The notes under the pieces were generated by a model. The model did no database searches and was not told where the DNA came from. It was given only the letters and a program-made list of their open reading frames with translations. A stretch of 64,000 bases of DNA. Source: Candidatus Marinacidobacterales bacterium (lineage in GTDB: Bacteria; Acidobacteriota; Vicinamibacteria; Marinacidobacterales; DATDRI01). Shown in pieces: positions 9,117-16,972 of the stretch. Each line of letters begins with the position of its first letter. Position 1 is the stretch's first letter. The stretch is taken from assembly GCA_965219415.1 (NCBI GenBank), contig OZ244742.1:384001-448000 (forward strand). Direction: 5' to 3'. The position numbers and the translations under genes are program-made.

Positions 9117-10963
9117 ATGGGCCTCGTCAAGAGCTTCTTGCTACTCGTATTTGCATTAGTGGCCGCCCGGCCCGAGGTCACCGAGCGCGCGACCCGACCC
9201 GTGTTACAGGGTCTGGGAGACGGAACCCTTACCATCATGGCCGTTCCTGAGAATGTACCGCTCGAATTCTATACCGTTCAGTGCATCAGCGCCGAGTCCG
9301 ACCAAGTCTCCTTCTCGGTAAAGCGTTCGGGCGAAGACGCGGTGCCTCCGAACGCGGTGGCGGGCGAGCTCTACCAAGAAGTCGAGCGCGGCGTATTCTT
9401 CCGAATCGAAGAAGGAAACGAGACCTTCGCGATTGGCGATACGTTCAGCTTCGTCACCTACCCGGACATGGAAGAGCTGGACAAGCTCTTCGATCGTTGG
9501 GTGAGCCGCTACGTCAAGTGGATCATCTCCCGGGAGGAAAAGGACCGCTTCGAAGAGCTGGGCGCTCCGGAGGACAAGCTAGGCTTCATGGAGTCTTTCT
9601 GGAGGCGCCGAGACATGAGCCCCGAACCCCGGAGAATGAAGCGCGAAAGGAGCACCAGCGACGGTTTGCATACGCAACCCAACACTTCGGGGCCGGCACT
9701 CCGGGATGGGCGACCGATATGGGCAAGATCTACATCTTGTTGGGGCCTCCCCACTCCATCAATAGAAACCCCGCCGGTCGCACCGCATTCGAGCGTCCTT
9801 CTCAGGTATGGACCTACAACAACCCACCGAACCCAAGGCTACCCGCTTCGTTCGATATCGGATTCGTGGACTTCACCGCAACGGGTCGCTACGAGATCGT
9901 GGACGCCTCGAACCTCGACGTCTTGGCGCCGCTTCGCACGAACATCGGATGGGCCATGAGCGAGCTGGATGCTATCGGGCTCATGCGCAGCGGTGGCACG
10001 CTCATGGAGCCCAACACCGGGTCCCGTAGCGAGATACGCGCCGACCAGATGGTGATGGACCAGTTCGATTTTCAGCGAAACCTCACTGAAGTTGCAAGAG
10101 TTCCCAGGATCAACCTTCCACCGCTACGAGAGGTCACCGAGGCGCGTGCGGACTTTCCTTCGGTGCCGCTCACGACGAGCGCCGCCTTCTTCCCCTCCGA
10201 GGCAGGCTCGGCCTGGCTGTCCATCACCGTCGCCATGCCCTACGCCCGCCTAACGCCCCGACCGACCGACGACCGGACGGGCTATAGCTACGAAGCGGAC
10301 GTCTTGGTTCAAGTCATCGACGAGTCCGGAACAGAGCAATCCCCGATCGAGGACCACATCGAAATCCGGTTCCCAACCGAGGATTTGGGTTCGTACCGAG
10401 CCAGCCAAATGCTCTACGAAGGGTCGGCGACTCTCGCTCCCGGTACGTACCAGATAGAATCCCTGGTTCGGGACAACCCCAGCGGTGCGGTTGGTCGCTC
10501 CTCGGCTACCATCGAAGTCCCGGACTTCACCGGAGAGGGGCTCAAGCTCTCGAGTCTGCTTCTGGCGAGTGCGGCGCTACAGACTGATCCCCTCCCCGCC
10601 GGGGCTCCGCGCCGCCCCTTCCACTTCGGAAACTTGCGCTTGGTTCCGAACGTCCTTCAACGTTTCGATCGAGCGTCGACCCTGACCGCCTACGTTCAAG
10701 CTCTCGGCTACTCGCTCGGTCCCTTGACCGATCAGGCCAGGCTGCGGGTAGACTTCTTCATTCTCAAGGATGGGAGGCTCTTCTCCAAAGTAGCTCCGTC
10801 CTATCACCGGCCGTCCATGAAATCGAGCGTTGCGCTGATGAGCGAAATTACGCTCAAGGCGCTTCCACCGGGAAGCTACACGCTGCGCGTCCGCGTCACC
10901 GATGAGAACATCGAGCAGGTCGCGGAGCGGGATGCTGATTTTACGGTGACGGTTTCTCGCTAA
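9117..10963 (+). CDS. GWxTD domain exported protein, split by a 1-nt frameshift at ~9624-9630
   Basis: YVKWIISREEKDRF...FMESFWRRRDMSPE in one frame continues TPENEARKEHQRRFAYA...GWATDMGKIYILLGPP in another; C-terminal Ig-like domains (LPPGSYTLRVRVTD). Confidence 0.88.
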
Positions 10964-10966
10964 GTG

Positions 10967-11134
10967 CCCTCACCCGCCGTCCGACCACATTGTTCCTTGG
11001 CATTGCGTATTTTGGGCCGCTGTTTCCCCAACCCGCCTCCGTCCGCGTCCAAACTAAGGACTTCGGCGGGTCCGCCGAAGCTACTAGCGAAGGCGGAAAG
11101 GGAGAGGGAGTAGAGGAAGGAAGCCAAGCATCTA
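10967..11134. repeat. structured dispersed repeat, copy A (REP/MITE-like)
   Basis: Colinear match to 61172-61340 over ~168 bp, with conserved stems and variable loops. Confidence 0.85.
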
Positions 11135-12175
11135 ATCAAACCCGTTAATGCTATCGAGGAGCTGGCGGAGCCTCCCGAAGTTTCTGCGATTGAAATCGAA
11201 CTGAATGCGAGAGAGTGTCCCGAGCTGAGGGTCCTTCTCTTCTTCGGACAAAATGGGGGCCGTCTCTATTCGTCCCGAGATCAGAATGTCGGCGAAGGAA
11301 TGATTCAAATCGTCCAACTCCTTGCCACTCAGCTCACGCCGCAACCGTATCAGCAGTCGCCCTCCCACGTAGCGAGACGAATGGTAGAGACGATAGAAGC
11401 GGAGAGTCTCTTCGCAGGCCGCCTTCGGATTGGGCACCACCTTGAATAATGAAGTGTCTTCCTCGGACACGAGTCCGCCCGTCACCATCCGCGACTCGAT
11501 AAAACGCTCCAGCTCGCGGAAGTAACCGGTCTCCGGGCTCTCTACCATGACGACCGGAATGGGTGTCTGCTTGCCGGTTTGCAACAAGGTTAGAACCTCG
11601 AACGTTTCGTCGAGAGTGCCAAAACCCCCGGGAAACAGCACCACCGCGGAGGACTCTTTCAACAGAAAGAGCTTACGAGTAAAGAAGTATCGGAACGTGA
11701 GGAGCTTACGATCGCCACGGATGGTCCGGTTGGCCTGTTGTTCGAAGGGCAGTCGGATATTGACTCCGATGCTCATGTCGCGCCCCGCCCCCCGGTGCGC
11801 CGCTCCCATGATCCCGCTACCCGCGCCGGTCACGACCATCCACCCCGCCTCAGCCATGCGACGACCTAGCTCTTCGGCACGCTCGTAATCCGGCTGCCCG
11901 CGCTCCGTACGTGCAGAGCCAAACACCGTTACCTTTTGGACGCGGCGATACGGCGTGAACATCTTGAACGCAGAGCGCATTTCCTTCAGCGCCGCGTTCG
12001 CGATTTTTAGATCGCCGCGCTTCGCCTTCTCGATGCCAAGCTTCAAGGCACTGGTGGCGATCTGTAAAACGTAATCCTTTTCGCGGCCGGGGCAAGTCGC
12101 ACTCACCAACTCCTCGAGCTTTGCATCCAGCTCGGGTTGACCGGTTGAATAGCGCGGTTTCTTCCTGTCCCTCAT
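11132..12175 (-). CDS. LOG family (TIGR00730-type) nucleotide 5'-monophosphate nucleosidase-like protein, long form
   Basis: VFGSART, TGAGSGIMGAAHRG, LPFEQ, FFTRK, PGGFGTLDE; probable ATG at 12175 overlapping the permease stop. Confidence 0.88.
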   Translation of the reverse strand: MRDRKKPRYSTGQPELDAKLEELVSATCPGREKDYVLQIATSALKLGIEKAKRGDLKIANAALKEMRSAFKMFTPYRRVQKVTVFGSARTERGQPDYERAEELGRRMAEAGWMVVTGAGSGIMGAAHRGAGRDMSIGVNIRLPFEQQANRTIRGDRKLLTFRYFFTRKLFLLKESSAVVLFPGGFGTLDETFEVLTLLQTGKQTPIPVVMVESPETGYFRELERFIESRMVTGGLVSEEDTSLFKVVPNPKAACEETLRFYRLYHSSRYVGGRLLIRLRRELSGKELDDLNHSFADILISGRIETAPILSEEEKDPQLGTLSRIQFDFNRRNFGRLRQLLDSINGFD

Positions 12176-13518
12176 AGCAACAAATACCTTATCAGGAAGC
12201 ACACGGCGATGACATGCACTCCCCAGTGTAGCGACTTCCCCTTACCACTCGCCAAATAGAGTACCGAGGTCGAGATGAACCCGAACGAGATGCCCTCGGT
12301 GATATTCGTCGTGAGCGGCATCATGATTACGGTGAGGAACGCGGGAATCGCCTGTCGCGGATCGTTCCAAGCGATATCACCGATACCGTGCATCATGAAG
12401 ACCCCAATCAGAATGAGCGCCGGCGCCAGAATGGGGTAGAGCACAACTCCCCCACCAACGTCGAAGCCCGCCCCGACGACCTCGACGAGGGGGTGGAAGA
12501 AGATCGAGCCCGCCAGGAGCACCGCGGTTACCAGTGCCGCAAAGCCGGTCTTCCCTCCTGCCGCCACTCCGGCCACGCTCTCGACGTAGCTCGTCACCGT
12601 TGAAGTCCCCAAAACCGATCCCGCAACGGTCCCCACCGCGTCTGCCGTAAGTGCCTGGCGGGCTCGAGGAAGCTCACCGTTCACGATGAACCCGGCTCTC
12701 TGGCCCACGCCGATCAACGTGCCGACTGTGTCAAAGAGATCCACAAAGAGAAAGACGAAAACGACCGAAAGGAAATCCGATTCGCGGACAAGACCTCTAA
12801 AGTCGAGCGCAAACAGCGTCGGAGCGATCGAGGGCGGCCACGCCACAAAGCCGTGAAGCTTGACCAAACCGGTCAAGGCCGCCAGTAGCGTGGTAACGAG
12901 AATCCCAACCACCAGTGCGGCGGGTATCCGGGCGACGGTCAGCACCGCCATGACCGTGAGGCCGAACAAGGTCAAAAGGACGGGTGACTCGCCGAACTCC
13001 CCCAAACCAATGTAAATGCCCGGCCGGGGAACCAACAAGCCACCCCATCGCAAACCCACCACTGCAATGAGCAGCCCGATCCCGATGGCAATGCTGGTCT
13101 TCAGGTGCGCGGGTACCAGCGTGATGATGCGAGCCCGTAGCCCCCAGAAGGAGCTTACGAGGAAGATGCTGCCCGATACGAACACCGCGGCCAAGGCTAC
13201 CTGCCAACTGTAGCCGAGGCCGCCAGCCGCAATGGGGCCGCAGACGGTGATGGCGAAAAAGAAGTTGTGTCCCATCCCCGGTGCCAAGGCAATGGGATAG
13301 TTCGCGTGGAACGCCATCCAAACCGTCGCGAGCGCCGAGGCGAGGCAGGTCGCCACCATCACCGCCCCAGCGTCCATTCCCGTGCCGGCAAGCACGGCGG
13401 GATTGACCAACACGATGTAGGAAAGCGCCATATAAGTGCTGACGCCAGCTATGATTTCGGTCCGGACCGAACTGCCTGCTGCCGAAACGCCGAAAAAGTG
13501 AGTCAAACGTTCAATCAT
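12172..13518 (-). CDS. NCS2 family (AzgA/PbuG-like) purine permease
   Basis: TEIIAGVSTYMALSYI, NYPIALAPGMG, DLFDTVGTL, TSYVESVAGVAAGGKTG; ATG at 13518. Confidence 0.92.
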   Translation of the reverse strand: MIERLTHFFGVSAAGSSVRTEIIAGVSTYMALSYIVLVNPAVLAGTGMDAGAVMVATCLASALATVWMAFHANYPIALAPGMGHNFFFAITVCGPIAAGGLGYSWQVALAAVFVSGSIFLVSSFWGLRARIITLVPAHLKTSIAIGIGLLIAVVGLRWGGLLVPRPGIYIGLGEFGESPVLLTLFGLTVMAVLTVARIPAALVVGILVTTLLAALTGLVKLHGFVAWPPSIAPTLFALDFRGLVRESDFLSVVFVFLFVDLFDTVGTLIGVGQRAGFIVNGELPRARQALTADAVGTVAGSVLGTSTVTSYVESVAGVAAGGKTGFAALVTAVLLAGSIFFHPLVEVVGAGFDVGGGVVLYPILAPALILIGVFMMHGIGDIAWNDPRQAIPAFLTVIMMPLTTNITEGISFGFISTSVLYLASGKGKSLHWGVHVIAVCFLIRYLLL

Positions 13519-14140
13519 TTTGTAAAACCCATGGTACTTGGGGTCCCCCTCTAGAACGAGCGCACAGCGCGCGAGCCGCGGACTCCAGTTCTTTTTGCCC
13601 TCCCTTCGTGCTCGTCGCCATGCGGCCCAGACCGACCCGAGCAGACCATTGCTTCCAACTCTCCGGAGACTTGGCGTGAGCACCCGACTCGGTGTGCACC
13701 GATTCGCTGTGTAACAAGAGTCGATACTCGAGCTCTCGGACTAGCGGGCCCAACTTTTGCGAACCGCCACGGGGTCCGTACGCTCCGTCACTCCGAACCG
13801 GCCCTTCTCGTTCCACCCGCTCGAGAAGGGAGACCGCCGCCCGGGACAGCCGATCGAGTTGCCAGGAAGCGCGGGACGTACCCACCGCAACGAGAGCGGG
13901 CCAGAGTCGACGATGGACAAAGGTCACCTTGTTCTTCACCAGCTTGACACTCGTCACGTCTGGATGATCGGCGAGCTTCTCACTCACGTTAAAAATCTCC
14001 TCCCCCCGCGGGTGGCCCCACCACGAGCCTCGAACCGGCTCGCCAACAACGAGCCCGGCGACGCTTGGCAAATCAACATCGGTAAGCAAAAGGAGTCCTA
14101 CTTTCTCAAGCTTCCGAAAAACCAGCGTGTAACGACTCAC
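13511..14140 (-). CDS. hypothetical protein, possible AlkZ-related winged-helix family
   Basis: LPSVAGLVVGEPVRGSWWGHP...KLVKNKVTFVHRRLWPAL, then a wHTH-like segment (VRELEYRLLLH); GTG at 14140 assumed. Confidence 0.55.
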   Translation of the reverse strand: MSRYTLVFRKLEKVGLLLLTDVDLPSVAGLVVGEPVRGSWWGHPRGEEIFNVSEKLADHPDVTSVKLVKNKVTFVHRRLWPALVAVGTSRASWQLDRLSRAAVSLLERVEREGPVRSDGAYGPRGGSQKLGPLVRELEYRLLLHSESVHTESGAHAKSPESWKQWSARVGLGRMATSTKGGQKELESAARALCARSRGGPQVPWVLQND

Positions 14141-14141
14141 T

Positions 14142-14872
14142 TCAAAGAAAAAGTCCGACAGGATTAACCGGAATGCCAAAGAGTTGAAGAACCGTGGGCG
14201 CAATGTCGATAGTGCGCGCACTCTCTCGCTCCAGCGTGCGGTTACTAATCAAGACTCCCACCGTGATATTCGCGTCGGAAGAACAATGATCCCCGCTCCA
14301 GTTGTTGCGGTTGTCGGTGATGACCTCATGGGGAATCCCACCCAAAGTGGTCTCCCACGACACTCGATACCCCGGCTTGAACCCCACCACGATCGACGAC
14401 GTAATCCACATCCTGCAGAAACGTGTCGCAGTCGATGGCGTTGTCCTTCAACGGGTTCGTTGCGATGGAGCATCCCAGCGTCTCATAGTAACCGATCGCA
14501 TCCGCCTTGCTCGCCCGCGTATCCCGGGAGGTGCGATATACGAACGTTGGGAGGAAGCCGCTTGGGATTCCAGTTGATCGGCTCCATGTAAATCTCAACG
14601 TTGGGCTCTACGTCGCGGAGTTCCTCCGCTGGAAACGTGACCGACGCCCCTAACGGGGACTCGGAGGGGCTGGTGGTGGTGAGCGGCACGAACTGCCCCT
14701 GCCGGCTGAGTCTCTGGAGGTTTGGCAGATGGCCTTCCCCCATGAAGCGAGCCGCAAGAGCCGGATCGGCCCCGTCGAACCCGAGGACGATGACCTTGGG
14801 CTCCGCGGCTCGGACCTCGACGGCCGCCATCACACCCGGGGCAGCCACCGCAGCTGCTAAGCTACGTCGAAA
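14142..14872 (-). pseudogene. collapsed type I phosphodiesterase/nucleotide pyrophosphatase (AlkP superfamily) remnant
   Basis: Fragments in three frames: KVIVLGFDGADP...GHLPNL...LTTTSPSESP; GYYETLG...DTFLQDV; IVVGFKPGYRVSW...WSGDHC...IDIAPTVLQLFG. No start codon; most of the middle is missing. Confidence 0.85.
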
Positions 14873-14875
14873 ACA

Positions 14876-14906
14876 GGTAGTGGTCTAGTTTAACTAGACC
14901 ACTACC
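14876..14906. repeat. perfect 31 bp palindrome
   Basis: GGTAGTGGTCTAGTT-T-AACTAGACCACTACC, 15 bp arms with a 1 nt spacer. Confidence 0.95.
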
Positions 14907-15009
14907 CGAAAACACGCCCATTTCAGGAATTGCTTCTTTTGTGCTAGCATGCACCGCTTATGCCAGGGCAAGGGCCCCGGCGCCGAGAAACCTACCAAGG
15001 AGGTAGTCA

Positions 15010-15282
15010 TTGGCTCATAGTCGTTCGGCGGAGAAACGTATCCGTCAAAATGAGCAGCACCGGCTCCGCAATCGTTCCGATCGCTCTCGGTTGCGCAGCG
15101 ACATCAGGAAGCTCCGCCAGGTGGTGGCCAACGAGGACGCGGCTAAAGCCCGTGAGCTTCTTCCGAGCACGACGTCCCTCATCGATCGGATGATCAAGAA
15201 GGGTGTCATTCACGAGAACACCGGTTCTCGCTACAAATCGCGGCTCGCCAAGCTCCTCGCTACATCCGAGAGTGCTGTCTGA
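15010..15282 (+). CDS. rpsT: 30S ribosomal protein S20
   Basis: MAHSRSAEKRIRQNE...KGVIHENTGSRYKSRL; AGGAGG RBS before a TTG start. Confidence 0.95.
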   Translation: MAHSRSAEKRIRQNEQHRLRNRSDRSRLRSDIRKLRQVVANEDAAKARELLPSTTSLIDRMIKKGVIHENTGSRYKSRLAKLLATSESAV

Positions 15283-15357
15283 TCACTTTGGTCGTTAGCA
15301 CTACGCATTTTGACGGCCACACGATAGCGCCCCATTTTTTTGGCGCCCGTCGTTTTC

Positions 15358-16428
15358 CTACCGCGGAGAGGGAATAACCGAAGGAAGCCCTTTTCCGCTC
15401 TCCGGCTTCCTTGCCCCGCAAACCGCGAGGACGAACCCCTCGAGTATCAATCTCGCCGGCGTTCCGCTGCTCTTCAGCTGCCGATCACAGCGTGCAAGGC
15501 CCTCGATGGCGTCCAACAAGTCCTGCTCCTGGTACCGATCCGACCAACGAGAGATGTTGTCCGCGGCCCGGGGCGGCACCCTCAAGACTTTCATCAGTTG
15601 ACCGCTCCGGCCCCTCCCCGGTCCGAACTCCTTAGCTATGAGTAGCTGACCCAGCACGCGATCGAGCAGCGCCAGGATCCGTAGCGCCGGCTCGCCCTCG
15701 TCCAGCAACCGCCCCAACTGCTTGAGGGCAACCGCGGCTTGGCGAGACGCCACCGCGTCAGTGAACCTAAAGATGCTCTGCGCCTTCCCGCGCCCCAAGA
15801 GGGACGCGAGCTCCTGCCCATCCAGTTTTTGAGCGCCAGCATAGAGCGAGATCTTCTCGAGCTCGCCGAGCTGGCGTCGCAGGTCCGAGCCGAACTCGGC
15901 GGCTAGGTACCGAACCGTTTCGGTGTCCAAGGGAATTCGTCGAAGGCGTGCTTGCTCGGCAACCCATTCTTCGATTTCCCATTCCTTCGGTGGGTCACAC
16001 TGCACGACGGTAACTCGTTTCTCGATCTCCTTCCACGCCTTGCGTCGACCATCGGGAGAGCTCTCGAGCTCCATGACCAGAACCGTCTGTGGTGACGGAT
16101 CCTTCAAGTAGCCGACCAGTGCCTCTGCCTGCGCACCCTCGACGAGACGCTTGGCCCTCCTGACAACGAGAACGCGATATCGCCCACCTGCTCCGGCGAG
16201 TGCTAGTAGTGGGAGCGTATTCGCCGCCATCACCAGCGACTCCGCGGTGGTCTTCTCGCCGTCGTATCGCTCCAGGTTGAACTCGTCCGCGGCGTCGCCG
16301 AGAGCCGTCTTCCAAAGTTGGTCGAGCGCTAACTCGCGGAGCAGATCTTGATCGCCGCGCAACACATAGGCCGAGGCCAACTTGCCAGACGCTAGATGCT
16401 TGTCTAGCTGCGAGTAGGCGAGCTTCAA
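15358..16428 (-). CDS. holA: DNA polymerase III delta subunit
   Basis: YVLRGDQ, NTLP, ELEKISLY, IFRFTDAV, DRQLKSS; leuS-lptE-holA synteny. Confidence 0.9.
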   Translation of the reverse strand: MKLAYSQLDKHLASGKLASAYVLRGDQDLLRELALDQLWKTALGDAADEFNLERYDGEKTTAESLVMAANTLPLLALAGAGGRYRVLVVRRAKRLVEGAQAEALVGYLKDPSPQTVLVMELESSPDGRRKAWKEIEKRVTVVQCDPPKEWEIEEWVAEQARLRRIPLDTETVRYLAAEFGSDLRRQLGELEKISLYAGAQKLDGQELASLLGRGKAQSIFRFTDAVASRQAAVALKQLGRLLDEGEPALRILALLDRVLGQLLIAKEFGPGRGRSGQLMKVLRVPPRAADNISRWSDRYQEQDLLDAIEGLARCDRQLKSSGTPARLILEGFVLAVCGARKPESGKGLPSVIPSPR

Positions 16429-16429
16429 A

Positions 16430-16972
16430 CTAGAAGGCCTCGAGGATTCGGCTCACCAGCGTCTTCGCAAATTCCTCCGCCACGCGCTCGATCGCCAGCC
16501 CCGATTGGTCGAAAAAGTCATCGGATTCCTCACCGATCTCCCAGGACTCCCGCATGCGAAAATTTTCGTCCTCCCAAATCATGGAGTCGTCCAGAAGATC
16601 TTTGAACTCTACCTTGGCCTGGATGACGAGCGAATAGCGCGTCGCCTCGTTGGCGGTCACCTCGTTCGCACCTCCACGGAGGGTCTCTGGAGCAACGGTG
16701 AATGATAGGACCGTACCAGCCAGTACCGCATCGGCCCCGACCTCCTCTGGCTGGATGACGTACTTCCCTCGCGACGCGAACTCCTCGATGACTTTTTGGG
16801 TAAACATCTCCGCGACGCCGGGTTGAGTCGATATGTTGACGAACGTCGGGATACCTATCGTCTTGATGTGTTCGGGCAGAAAGGAGCCGCGCCCCGCCAA
16901 GCTATAGCCGCAGGCGGCGGAGAGGAACAGCAATCCCACCGTCGCCAACCTCATCCACCGGCTTCGTATCAC
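16430..16972 (-). CDS. lptE: LptE family lipoprotein
   Basis: Lipobox LSAA-CGY, LPEHIKTIGIPTFVN; lies between leuS and holA. Confidence 0.85.
   Translation of the reverse strand: MIRSRWMRLATVGLLFLSAACGYSLAGRGSFLPEHIKTIGIPTFVNISTQPGVAEMFTQKVIEEFASRGKYVIQPEEVGADAVLAGTVLSFTVAPETLRGGANEVTANEATRYSLVIQAKVEFKDLLDDSMIWEDENFRMRESWEIGEESDDFFDQSGLAIERVAEEFAKTLVSRILEAF

Noticed and set aside
9620-9632. Programmed ribosomal frameshift in the GWxTD gene
   Set aside because: No canonical slippery heptamer or stimulatory structure; a single missing base in a short run fits the error pattern seen elsewhere.
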